DNA from: a virus
Lineage: Duplodnaviria; Caudoviricetes
Strand: one strand, 5' to 3'
IMG/VR virus record: IMGVR_UViG_3300037484_000669
Span: 1 to 40,240 of that record
DNA: 40,240 nt
The first letter of the stretch is position 1; each line of letters begins with the position of its first letter. Positions 18,546-27,391 of the stretch are shown here, piece after piece. The notes beneath the pieces were generated by a model, which was not told the DNA's origin, did not search any database, and worked only from the letters and a program-made list of their open reading frames with translations. A program made the position numbers and the translations under genes.

Positions 18546-19093
18546 TATAACTCCAATCGCGCCGCAATTCCTTCGAAGCCGCGGCGAACAAATGATTCGA
18601 TGTATGCCTGTCCGTACTCGCGAGCAGGCTCCATAAACGGAATGGCGCGTGACCCAGGATGGTGGACCATGCGCGCGAAGAACTCTTGACCGCCGACCTT
18701 CCAACGCAGGGCGATACCGCGGCCGACTATGTGCTCGTGAGGGCCTTTGCCAGTAGCGCGTCGCGTTTGACCCTCACGAACAGGTCCCTTTAGACCGTGC
18801 GCGGCCTTGGGCCAGATGTCGTGTTCGTCGGTACCGTGCTCGACGTAACTCGCGTAGTGCTTGGGTGCCTTGACCTCGGCCATGTACCAGGCGCCTTGTT
18901 GGCCTAGTATTCGCGAGTTGATGGTCGACCGTAGCTGGCGAGTGTGGTCCTTGAAGTTGCCCTGTTTTGCGCGGGCTACGGTGACCTTTGCAGCGGCGTG
19001 CACTGCGTCGCGCGTCAATCGCTCAAGATCGTTTTCAAGCCGCTTCTGGAGCGTCTTCAGCCCCGATATGTCGAAGTCCAGGCGTAGCGACAT
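18545..19093 (-). CDS. Tail completion/neck protein (HK97 gp10-like)
   Basis: TRQLRSTI, YASYVEHGT, VHHPGSRAIPFMEPA motifs. Confidence 0.85.
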   Translation of the reverse strand: MSLRLDFDISGLKTLQKRLENDLERLTRDAVHAAAKVTVARAKQGNFKDHTRQLRSTINSRILGQQGAWYMAEVKAPKHYASYVEHGTDEHDIWPKAAHGLKGPVREGQTRRATGKGPHEHIVGRGIALRWKVGGQEFFARMVHHPGSRAIPFMEPAREYGQAYIESFVRRGFEGIAARLEL

Positions 19094-19286
19094 GAATCGA
19101 TCCGATTAGGTTCAACACGAAAGCCGAAAGGGTCGAAAACACGAACTGTTCGCGATGTGCGAAACGCATAACCCGGTACCCACGCAAGCCCGGGACATCG
19201 TGTCGACCGACACCGCCGGTCTTTACCGGTTTTAGTTGCACACGTTGAAAGGTATCGATGAGAACTTCTCGGTCTAACGTCGTCAT
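19035..19286 (-). CDS. Hypothetical protein (83 aa)
   Basis: ATGA coupling with the upstream gene and GAGG RBS; overlaps the next gene by 59 nt. Confidence 0.4.
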   Translation of the reverse strand: MTTLDREVLIDTFQRVQLKPVKTGGVGRHDVPGLRGYRVMRFAHREQFVFSTLSAFVLNLIGSIHVATPGLRHIGAEDAPEAA

Positions 19287-19981
19287 GGAACGTCCTCGTG
19301 AATCACGACGGCTGTCGCCGCGTTGGTCGTTGATGAAGCGTTGAGCTTGGCGGGTTTGCGCGTCGTGTTCGCGCGACTCCAATACTCGTCGACCTCAATG
19401 TTCATTGTGAAGCCATAGTAAGGGAGCGGGGCGGCGCCTTCGATGCGCTGAAACACGAACGATTGCGGTGATTCTTCGTTGGGCGACACCCTTGAGAAGC
19501 CGCACGCGTCGGACAGTGACGAGCCCTGCAATAGCGCCAGCGGCGAAGTCTCGCCGTTGACCAGCCAGGACGGATCGCAATCGGCGTAGAGGGCCGAGCA
19601 GATTGCCTTGGCGATAGCGGCCTTTGCCGGCGAACGGTCGCCGTCTATCTCTTCCTGTGCACCTTCGCCAATCCACGCGATTTCAATCGTCGTAGTGCGA
19701 AGATAGAGGTCATCCGCTCGGCGCTCGTTGTGAGACTTGCCTCGCCAAATGTAGATGGCCGGCAGGCGAAAGTCATCGAATAACGTTTGCGGATCGTCGT
19801 AGAAAACGTGGTTAATCGTCGAGCGACCAGGGCAAGCTTCGTTGTCCCAAATCTGCTCACAGGCGGCGTTGACCGTCTGTTGAAGGTACTGCCCTAGGTA
19901 GCCGAGAGCGGGATCTCCAATCGGGAAACCGTCGACCGTTGGTGGGTAGGGTAGTGGCTGTGAACCGAATCCGGTCGCCAT
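19283..19981 (-). CDS. Putative tail terminator
   Basis: RLPAIYIWRG motif, acidic composition, position after the head-tail adaptor. Confidence 0.6.
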   Translation of the reverse strand: MATGFGSQPLPYPPTVDGFPIGDPALGYLGQYLQQTVNAACEQIWDNEACPGRSTINHVFYDDPQTLFDDFRLPAIYIWRGKSHNERRADDLYLRTTTIEIAWIGEGAQEEIDGDRSPAKAAIAKAICSALYADCDPSWLVNGETSPLALLQGSSLSDACGFSRVSPNEESPQSFVFQRIEGAAPLPYYGFTMNIEVDEYWSRANTTRKPAKLNASSTTNAATAVVIHEDVP

Positions 19982-20451
19982 TAGAATGACCCGAAATCAT
20001 TGATAAACACTGGTTCGAACGGGTCAATTGTCTCGGCCGATGTGCCGTTGAACACTTCGCCGCCGACGTTCGCGGGAGGTGACGGCAGACCTTCGACGTC
20101 GAGGCGAGTGAGACCATTGGCAACGTTCTTTAGCTCCGCACGTACGCTCGCCTCGAGATCCATCCAGTTCCGGTTCACCGCACGCGGGAAGCGCTTTGCA
20201 ATCAGGAAGTCAACGACGTCGAGCACAATGCGAACCGCTTCGGGTGGCTTTGCTGCTCGCAGAGCTGCGATGGGGTACCGTCCGCGGCAATACCCCTCAA
20301 ACATACCTTCAGCGTCCTCGATTAGCTGGCTAACCGGATCGTCGTCCGCTACCCCGTCGTTGTTATCATCGTAACCGCGCCGAACGACGGCCTTTGACAG
20401 CCTACGTTCGATACGTGTTCTGTCGACGTAGTATCCAACGTAGGCGGTCAT
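19981..20451 (-). CDS. Head-tail adaptor (Mu gp36/DUF1320-like)
   Basis: IEDAEGMFEGYCRGRYP...LKNVANGLTRLD matches the gp36 pattern. Confidence 0.8.
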   Translation of the reverse strand: MTAYVGYYVDRTRIERRLSKAVVRRGYDDNNDGVADDDPVSQLIEDAEGMFEGYCRGRYPIAALRAAKPPEAVRIVLDVVDFLIAKRFPRAVNRNWMDLEASVRAELKNVANGLTRLDVEGLPSPPANVGGEVFNGTSAETIDPFEPVFINDFGSF

Positions 20452-20452
20452 T

Positions 20453-20635
20453 TTAGAGCTTCGTAACCGAATCTTTGACTGATTCGAATTCAACCGCGGT
20501 CAACGTAACCACCGAACCAGTCACACCGACTTCACTAGATCCGTAGGTGATAGATCCCGGACCAATCACCTTGACTTTGATCGTGGCTGGTTGCTCAGGG
20601 GCTAAGCGCTTCGTCTCTTTTGTTTCTGCTGCCAT
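20453..20635 (-). CDS. Small head-associated hypothetical protein
   Basis: 60 aa after the capsid gene; GAGG RBS. Confidence 0.6.
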   Translation of the reverse strand: MAAETKETKRLAPEQPATIKVKVIGPGSITYGSSEVGVTGSVVTLTAVEFESVKDSVTKL

Positions 20636-20642
20636 TTTACCC

Positions 20643-21791
20643 TCAGGTAATCGGGGTGACGATGCGGTATCCAGAAAGAGCCGCCGTGATCTTGTGTTGG
20701 TCACAATGCGAAGAACGGCACATGTACGAACCCTTCATCCCCTTCTCGAGCTGCCATAGTTGATCGCTCTGTGTTGGCGCATCCTGGAACGTGTACGAGA
20801 ACGATGCATGACGACGGCTTGGTGAGTCGGCAATAGCGACAACTGCGAAGTGACTGCTCCACATACGGCTGTAGTTCGACGTCTGACCGACCTGCGCGGT
20901 GTTGTAACGAGCTGCTCCAACAACGATGTCGTCTAGCCCCAAGAGCTGAGCGATAGCAGCCTTCGTCACGTTAGCCGGAGCGGTTGGCCCGCCGCCGTAC
21001 TTGATCGCGTCAATCATCTGTGTGTGGCGGCGCAGTACATTGTATACCGCTAGGTTGGTGACACCGATCTTACGAACAGGGCCGTTACCTAACCAGAGCG
21101 CATCGATTGCGGTGGCGACGTCTCCAATGGGATTCCCATCAGTGTAGACACCGGCAGTCGTCGCGTTGTTCCACCGGCTAGTTCCGGATGAAATTGTCGT
21201 ATAAGTGCCAAAGTTTGAACTAGTCTCGAACAACGTAACCAGACGCTGCTCTTTCTTGAACTTCAGCGCGTAGAGCACGTTTTCGGTCGCGTCCATGAGC
21301 TCATCCAGAACGTTGTCCTGGTTCTGAAGCGTCAGCTGGTCCACGTATTCTTTGAAGCCACGACCGGTCAGTGAATACGTCGCTGTTCCACGGTCCTCAT
21401 TCAGCTCAGCTAGGTCAGTGCGGTCGGTCGCCGTATCATCCGGATACACGGTGCGTCCGTCCTTATCGAACGTGAAATACGTACCCGACAACTTTCCGCC
21501 CGTGAAAACGGTGGGCGAAATAATGTCGCCGATTAGCTCTTGGTTGGCGTACATAACAGACAGGTTTTGGAGGACCTGATCGACGTGAACGCTACCGGGT
21601 CGAATGGCTCTCATCTCGAGCAAATCAGAGTTTGCGCGCTCCAATTCACCGATGATTTCCGGATCAGACTCGCGTCCGCGAATCGCGTCCTTTATGTATT
21701 TTCGCGCAGCTCGATAAGCGCGCGAAGCTTCGTGATCGTGCTTGAAGGAACCGCCTAAAGAGACGGTCCCGGGAGTATTTTGGAATTCCAT
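20643..21791 (-). CDS. Major capsid protein (HK97 fold)
   Basis: VHVDQVLQNLSVMYAN..LIGD.ISPTV, KEQRLV, YNVLRRH, IAQLLGLDDIVVG; position after the cement gene. Confidence 0.9.
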   Translation of the reverse strand: MEFQNTPGTVSLGGSFKHDHEASRAYRAARKYIKDAIRGRESDPEIIGELERANSDLLEMRAIRPGSVHVDQVLQNLSVMYANQELIGDIISPTVFTGGKLSGTYFTFDKDGRTVYPDDTATDRTDLAELNEDRGTATYSLTGRGFKEYVDQLTLQNQDNVLDELMDATENVLYALKFKKEQRLVTLFETSSNFGTYTTISSGTSRWNNATTAGVYTDGNPIGDVATAIDALWLGNGPVRKIGVTNLAVYNVLRRHTQMIDAIKYGGGPTAPANVTKAAIAQLLGLDDIVVGAARYNTAQVGQTSNYSRMWSSHFAVVAIADSPSRRHASFSYTFQDAPTQSDQLWQLEKGMKGSYMCRSSHCDQHKITAALSGYRIVTPIT

Positions 21792-21812
21792 TGTGTGTTC
21801 CTCGGGTGCCTA

Positions 21813-22223
21813 TTAGGTCGCCGGTGCCCTGAAGTAGGATGCGTATGCCGTGTCGAGCGGGCGCAGATCAGCGGCAACACCGGTCTCTACCCAGACACCA
21901 AGAGAGCGAACCGCTCCGGTAACCGAAGCAAGCGTAACGTCGGTGCAACCATCGGACGTCGCGACGGCTGGAAGATTGATAGTGCATCCACCGGTACCAA
22001 CCAGTGCCATAACAACGGCGTTCGAGCCGAGCGGAACCGCACGAATGCGATCGCCAGCTGTGGCGCCAGCGTCTAGAGCGATATGAGTAGCAAGACCTGA
22101 TGCGGTAGTGACCGCGGTACAGGTCGTTGCGCTGGCACGGAGAATCGGTTGACCCTTCAGAACGGCAGCAGTGACCGTAAACGTATCAATGCGCGCCTTG
22201 TCTAGTTTTTCATAGTTCGACAT
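21813..22223 (-). CDS. Capsid decoration/cement protein (DUF2190-like)
   Basis: 136 aa, Ala/Thr/Gly-rich, between the protease and capsid genes. Confidence 0.65.
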   Translation of the reverse strand: MSNYEKLDKARIDTFTVTAAVLKGQPILRASATTCTAVTTASGLATHIALDAGATAGDRIRAVPLGSNAVVMALVGTGGCTINLPAVATSDGCTDVTLASVTGAVRSLGVWVETGVAADLRPLDTAYASYFRAPAT

Positions 22224-23227
22224 TAGGCATCACCCCCGGCGCGGCGCGCCACTTCATTGACCCTTGAAAGCAACTTCGAAGGCTTTGCGCCTCGTACGGT
22301 TGCGGTGTTTTTGGTTGAAGCCGCTCCCTCGTCGTCGATCTTTTTCTCGCCTAACTTCAGATCGGCGAACTTACCAACGAACGCGGTGAACTTCTCGCGT
22401 CCCATCGAGGAGCGGAGCTCGGTGAATTCTTCGGTCTGCGAAGGAGTGATCTTCTTACCAACAACCGCGGCGACGTCGGCCTTGATAGCCTCCTCGTCGA
22501 GCTTGTTGGCTCGCGTCTTCTCGGCCTCGATTGCCTTCTGAAGGTTCGTCACTAGCTCGGCATTCGCGCGAGCTTCGGTTTCGAGCGTCTTGATACGCTC
22601 CGCCTGAACGGCGGCCGCACGTTGTGCCGTGTCGAGTTCGGCAGCCTTAGCGGCCAGTTCAAGCTTTAGCTTTTCTGGATCCATGTGTGTTTCCTCGTCA
22701 CGGCTCGCCACCGTGGCGGCCTGTCGTTGTTGGAAGGCTTTCGCCTTCATTCTCGCTAGCCCTTCCGGGTTCGCGGGCACGGGTGTCATTGAGATTTCAA
22801 ACAGCTCGTTGTTGTCCAAAACGTAAACGTCTTTGCCGTCGCGCTTCTCGTAACGGACATCCTTGGGCACAAACCCAACGGAAACCCCGCGCAACGTTTT
22901 TTGGCGTATCGATTGCCAGACTTGCTCACCCAGTGGATTGGCTTCGGTCGTAGCAAATATGAACTTCGCGCACAGTGCTCCGTTTTCAACGCGTACGTTT
23001 TCCGCTCTTCCTACAGGTAATTCCCGAGATTTATGAGCAAACAGTACAACCGGGTTTTGGCTGTAACGTTCGAGCTGCCAATTCTGCGCAATGATGTCGC
23101 CGTACGAATCAACCGCTTCGGTAGACGCAACTACTTCAATCGAGCGCTCGGACTCGTTGAGCGATCGAACGGCGAGGCCATACGATCGGCATACGAGCCC
23201 GTCGTTTTCGGGTGCTTCTTGTTCCAT
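22223..23227 (-). CDS. HK97-family prohead protease fused to a coiled-coil scaffold
   Basis: ASTEAVDSYGDII, NPVVLFAH, LRGVSVGF, ELFEISMTPVPANP; helical C-terminal half with a possible internal start (GAGGA then MDPEKLK). Confidence 0.92.
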   Translation of the reverse strand: MEQEAPENDGLVCRSYGLAVRSLNESERSIEVVASTEAVDSYGDIIAQNWQLERYSQNPVVLFAHKSRELPVGRAENVRVENGALCAKFIFATTEANPLGEQVWQSIRQKTLRGVSVGFVPKDVRYEKRDGKDVYVLDNNELFEISMTPVPANPEGLARMKAKAFQQRQAATVASRDEETHMDPEKLKLELAAKAAELDTAQRAAAVQAERIKTLETEARANAELVTNLQKAIEAEKTRANKLDEEAIKADVAAVVGKKITPSQTEEFTELRSSMGREKFTAFVGKFADLKLGEKKIDDEGAASTKNTATVRGAKPSKLLSRVNEVARRAGGDA

Positions 23228-23263
23228 TGTTCGAGTGCTTTCAAGTCGCCAGCGTCGCCAGTT

Positions 23264-24622
23264 TCAGGCGTCTTCGTTTGGCTTTGGTTCTGTCGCGTCG
23301 CCTGGTTCTTCGATTTGTCCATCGGGCTTCCCTGGCTTCTCCTGGTCTTCAGTTGAGCCGTCACCCTCGCCGATCACTCGCTCACCGGCAGTTGGTTCCG
23401 TGATGTTCGAGTTCTCGTAAAACCACTTCTCGCCAACACGGGCCCCGGCGTTCTTGAGGTTCAGGATCGCCTTAGACAGCTTCTCGAGGTCCGCTGGATC
23501 GTCGGTGATAAACTCGAATGTTCCTGGTCGAACGCGGTCACCGCCGTTGTACCGAGTAAACGGAACGAGTAGCTGACGGGTGATGTGGTCGCCGCAGTTG
23601 CCGGCGTTGGCGTCGCGAATCATCTTCGGATTCTGCGAACGCGTCTCAACGGCTGCGCGCGCCCCGTTCTCGCCGGGCTCCAGTTGGTCGGCGCTACCGA
23701 TGATGGCTTTGGAAAGTTCGCCGCCAATCCACTGTAAAAGCGCTTGGTGAACCGACTTCGAGGCTCCGCCACTGGACGACGCGCCTTGCGGCCAAAGGAG
23801 CTCGATTTCGACGTCTTCCGAGTGGACCGCAGCCCCGCTCGTCATGATGTCGAGCAGGATCTTCTTTAGTAGCAAGATGTCTTCGTTTTGCGCACCACGC
23901 TTGTACTTGCCGATGCGCTTGGGCTTCCAGGCTATCTCGGCCATCTGCATCATGTCGCGGTAGGTCCAGTTGCGCCCCTGAGCGAACCAGACGACGAGAC
24001 GAGCGAGCCCTTCTCGGACCCCGACGTCACCGTTCACGCGTTGCCTTACCTGAACGAAGTTTCCGGGAGCGAACTCCTTCAGTAGTTCAATCCCTTGGTC
24101 GGGGTTCATGCCGGTTTGGCTCGTGAACACCAATGCGCCGTCGCTTCCGCGGAAACCAAACCGACGGCAATGGATTGGCTTGAAGTGGTTGGGTCCTAGG
24201 TAGTTGCCGTCCACAACCCATCGCGCTTCGGTTGTTGCGTGCCCGAATAGTCGACCCTCACCAATGGAATGGGCGATAAAGTCTGACCGGTTCTCGGCGT
24301 TCGTAAAGAAGTCAGAGAACGCATCGCAGATCTTCTTCTCTTTCGCGCTCGCCTTCGGCGGCGGCTTCACTTGCCACTTGAGCTGTGATACCGCTTGCTC
24401 CGCGAGCGATAAAGCGGCGTGTAGCGTGCCGTCTTTCTGCCGTCCATCATGCGTAAGATCAACGAGGCGATACGTCTGCCCCATGTCGGCCTGCGCAAGG
24501 ATACTACTGACCATTCGCGGCGTAACGCCGCCGCCGATTTGTCCTACCTGTAGCGCGAGCGATGGTTCCGATATAATAACGGAGCCCGCCGGGGCCGTCG
24601 GCTTCTTTGGGCTACTTGCCAT
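23264..24622 (-). CDS. Portal protein (Mu gp29/DUF935-like)
   Basis: ILAQADMG, KDGTLHAAL, KPKRIGKY, ELSKAIIG motifs; follows TerL. Confidence 0.88.
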   Translation of the reverse strand: MASSPKKPTAPAGSVIISEPSLALQVGQIGGGVTPRMVSSILAQADMGQTYRLVDLTHDGRQKDGTLHAALSLAEQAVSQLKWQVKPPPKASAKEKKICDAFSDFFTNAENRSDFIAHSIGEGRLFGHATTEARWVVDGNYLGPNHFKPIHCRRFGFRGSDGALVFTSQTGMNPDQGIELLKEFAPGNFVQVRQRVNGDVGVREGLARLVVWFAQGRNWTYRDMMQMAEIAWKPKRIGKYKRGAQNEDILLLKKILLDIMTSGAAVHSEDVEIELLWPQGASSSGGASKSVHQALLQWIGGELSKAIIGSADQLEPGENGARAAVETRSQNPKMIRDANAGNCGDHITRQLLVPFTRYNGGDRVRPGTFEFITDDPADLEKLSKAILNLKNAGARVGEKWFYENSNITEPTAGERVIGEGDGSTEDQEKPGKPDGQIEEPGDATEPKPNEDA

Positions 24623-24624
24623 GA

Positions 24625-26184
24625 TTATTCAAATCCGTGCCAACGCGATTCGGGTTCGAACTCGATGTCTTTGTGATCGATGACCGCGCCGGGACCGTAC
24701 TCAATCGCTAACCAAACAGCACCAACGTACGCGGAAGCAATGTCGCCGTGCTGTCCGTCTATTATTGGACTTTTGATCGTTATCGTTGCGCCGGAGGAAA
24801 GCTTGTAGCTGACCTGCCGAAGTTGCCTTGTCAGATCGGTCTCGTTGCGGGCAATGCGCGCGTTGTGCTCACGCATTGCGTCTCGGGCTCGGGTGTAGAC
24901 GTCGACCTTGCCGGTTTTGCCGCCAGGCAGTTCGATTACCTCGAAGCCAGAAAGCTTTTCCTTCGCGGTCTCGATGTAGTGTTGATCGGCGGCTACAACC
25001 TTGACGCCGTGGGCTCTGAGCCGTTCGGCGAACGCATCAAAAACCTCGGACGGCTTCAACGGTTTTCCCGGTAGAGGGACAAGCTTCAAGACCTCGGCAG
25101 TTTGGATCTTGTTGTCTTCTGTCCAGCGGACGATTACCAAACCAGAAGCGTTGCGCTTGAAGCCGGTGTCAATACAGGCGTACGAGGCGCGTTGACGTTT
25201 CTCGCGATCGCCGTAGTTCGGCATCTCAATGTCAACGAGTGATGCCTCGACGTGGTCGGTGTCATCGTCGTCCGTAATGAACCATGGGTTTTCACCGGCG
25301 TCGGTCGGGATTGAGCCGTACTCTCGAAGCCGTTTCAGCTTGTCAGGTTCGAGTTTCTTGGTGTCATCCTCGGTGATTGTTGGGTTGGTTTCCCACGTTG
25401 CGCCGACCGAAACGATTTGATCGTGTTCTTCGCTGTCGCCGTTGTTGACCATCACCGCATGGTGATCGCTTGTCGAGAACGCTGACGAACTCGCGAAGAT
25501 CTTCGCCGCCGGCATCGTCGCGGTCGTCGCGCGAAGGGAGGTAAGGATCTCTTTGCTTGGGTTCGCCCCATCGTTGGGGGAACGCCACTTGGACATTTCG
25601 TCGGCTAGAATCGCGATTGCGGTAAAGCCAGACGTGCCTGCAATCGAGCAGGTTTTGACGCGAAACTGGATAGGGCGATCGGCAATGCGCCATCCGTGCG
25701 ACGTCGGATCGGAGTACGGGGCGAAGCCGATCCCTACGGCCTCAAGAATTGCCCTGATCGTCGTCAGACGACCCTTGGCCTCGCCGTTATCGACCGAGAC
25801 GATGGAAACGACACCCGTGTCGCCTGGCTGGATTTTCCAATCAGCGAAAAGCGCTAGGACGACAATGATGCGGCAGAGCGACGAGCTCTTTCCGCCGCGG
25901 CGCCCGACACGCAAAACCCAGGTCTTACGCTCGGCACGAAGGAAGCACTCCAATCGCTCCCGCCACCATTGCGAAGTCGGTGCGAATCCCTTGGAGACGA
26001 GGAGCGCGTCGAGCTCGTCGTAGGCCGATAGGAACGCGTCAACGTCGTTTGGATCGGAAAGACCGTCCCACCAGTTCCTTGGGGCCTCAACTTCCGGCTC
26101 TACGAATCGGCGTGACGTTTGAACCGGCAGGAACCTGTCCAGGCGCCTTTCCGTCCGCGCTATTCTGTCCACGAATTCGAGCAT
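24625..26184 (-). CDS. terL: Terminase large subunit
   Basis: Walker A VGRRGGKS, Walker B ILADE, nuclease motifs CIDTG and HGDIASA; start uncertain because it overlaps TerS. Confidence 0.9.
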   Translation of the reverse strand: MLEFVDRIARTERRLDRFLPVQTSRRFVEPEVEAPRNWWDGLSDPNDVDAFLSAYDELDALLVSKGFAPTSQWWRERLECFLRAERKTWVLRVGRRGGKSSSLCRIIVVLALFADWKIQPGDTGVVSIVSVDNGEAKGRLTTIRAILEAVGIGFAPYSDPTSHGWRIADRPIQFRVKTCSIAGTSGFTAIAILADEMSKWRSPNDGANPSKEILTSLRATTATMPAAKIFASSSAFSTSDHHAVMVNNGDSEEHDQIVSVGATWETNPTITEDDTKKLEPDKLKRLREYGSIPTDAGENPWFITDDDDTDHVEASLVDIEMPNYGDREKRQRASYACIDTGFKRNASGLVIVRWTEDNKIQTAEVLKLVPLPGKPLKPSEVFDAFAERLRAHGVKVVAADQHYIETAKEKLSGFEVIELPGGKTGKVDVYTRARDAMREHNARIARNETDLTRQLRQVSYKLSSGATITIKSPIIDGQHGDIASAYVGAVWLAIEYGPGAVIDHKDIEFEPESRWHGFE

Positions 26185-26545
26185 CGATTAGCCTGTAGGT
26201 GCCATCGACCTCGGAGATGATTTTGAGGGCCCCGGCTACGGCGTGGATCGCCTCAGGGTCTTTGGTCGACACTTCGTCAGCCGCTCGCCTTAGGTAGCCG
26301 AGGCTGGCCTCTAGAGCGACAGGGATCTGGTCAGCCCAGGTCTTGTCAATGAGCGCCTTTTTTTCCGCGACACTCGCGGTTAGTTCCGCGTCAGTTCCAT
26401 TGCGAAACTCTTGGTGCCATCGCTGTAAAGTGCGCGGGCTTATTGCGTATTTCTTGCAAGTGGCACGGTCACCTAAAGTGACGCATTCGAGGATGGCCTT
26501 AGCTTTGTCCTTGCGATTCCAGTGCCGTTCACCCTTAGTCGACAT
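26087..26545 (-). CDS. terS: Terminase small subunit (HTH)
   Basis: HTH DRATCKKYAISPRTLQRW followed by a helical region; immediately upstream of TerL. Confidence 0.75.
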   Translation of the reverse strand: MSTKGERHWNRKDKAKAILECVTLGDRATCKKYAISPRTLQRWHQEFRNGTDAELTASVAEKKALIDKTWADQIPVALEASLGYLRRAADEVSTKDPEAIHAVAGALKIISEVDGTYRLIDARIRGQNSADGKAPGQVPAGSNVTPIRRAGS

Positions 26546-26708
26546 CGCGCTTTGCTTCCGGCATTCGCCCCACCAACACCCGTCGAAAATCCGCATCGCC
26601 CAAGGTGCCGAGTGACCTGATTCGTCGCTTGGCCTTCTTGAGCGGGTCGCCGTCGCCCTTGCGTGGTTTGAGCCAGCTAGGCGGGACTTCGACGATTACG
26701 CGGCGCAT
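26535..26708 (-). CDS. Putative 57-aa basic protein
   Basis: Read manually: MRRVIVEVPPSWLKPRKGDGDPLKKAKRRIRSLG...RDVD; its stop overlaps the TerS start region and it fills the tRNA-terS gap. Confidence 0.45.
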   Translation of the reverse strand: MRRVIVEVPPSWLKPRKGDGDPLKKAKRRIRSLGTLGDADFRRVLVGRMPEAKRDVD

Positions 26709-26766
26709 GGGATATGTCGGGGCGAGCCAACCGGTTAGGCTGACCCGCCCCTGCTTTTTGGTGTAG

Positions 26767-26841
26767 TCGCGGGAATCGGATTCGAACCGATGACCTCTAG
26801 CTTATGAGGCTAGCGAGCACTCCGGGCTGCTCTACCCCGCA
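26767..26841 (-). tRNA. tRNA-Met (CAT), initiator-like body
   Basis: Cloverleaf: acceptor TGCGGGG/TCCCGCG-A, D stem GAGC/GCTC, anticodon arm CTAGC-CTCATAA-GCTAG, T arm ATCGG-TTCGAAT-CCGAT; no encoded CCA. Confidence 0.92.
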
Positions 26842-26947
26842 AGATGCCACCAGGGCGGACCGTTGGTGGCTGTTGATGTAGGTCGCGCTTTCGTCCTCTT
26901 CTGAGCAGCGTGCGCGTGTGCCTATACCATTAGGGCTGGAGTTGTCC

Positions 26948-27391
26948 TTATGTGTCCTTATTTTCTGTTCTTTTGTTCTCAAGTTTTACCAATCTGCGTT
27001 CAATTCGGCCAAACCCTTCGTTTGTGGTCGACGCGAGTCGGCAAACGGCTGTCTCTAGTTTGCTGTGGTCGAATCGTATTTTCTGAATCTGCGGAGCCAT
27101 CCTTTCGTCGACAGTAGCGCCAACGGTTGCCCTGAGTTCGTCGATTCTCTTGGAGAGTTCCTCCGCCAGGGCGTCAACACGAGGCACGAAAAACTCTGGA
27201 AAATGTAGCTGTAACATCGGCTCGGTCAGCTTGTACCTGGTACGCTGTTCGCCTTTGAACCTTAGGGCTATCTCACGCTTTTCTGCTTTCTCCTTACGAA
27301 AAACGAGCCGCATTAGTTGTTTACCTCGCCACTTTCCCGTCCACCCTAAGATCTTCTCCGCCGCTTCGTTCGGTTCCATGGGTTCGATCAT
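26948..27391 (-). CDS. Putative DNA-binding protein (HTH-like N-terminus, coiled-coil C-terminus)
   Basis: MEPNEAAEKILGW...RYKLT resembles an Xis/MerR-type wHTH; ATGA-coupled to the upstream gene. Confidence 0.5.
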   Translation of the reverse strand: MIEPMEPNEAAEKILGWTGKWRGKQLMRLVFRKEKAEKREIALRFKGEQRTRYKLTEPMLQLHFPEFFVPRVDALAEELSKRIDELRATVGATVDERMAPQIQKIRFDHSKLETAVCRLASTTNEGFGRIERRLVKLENKRTENKDT

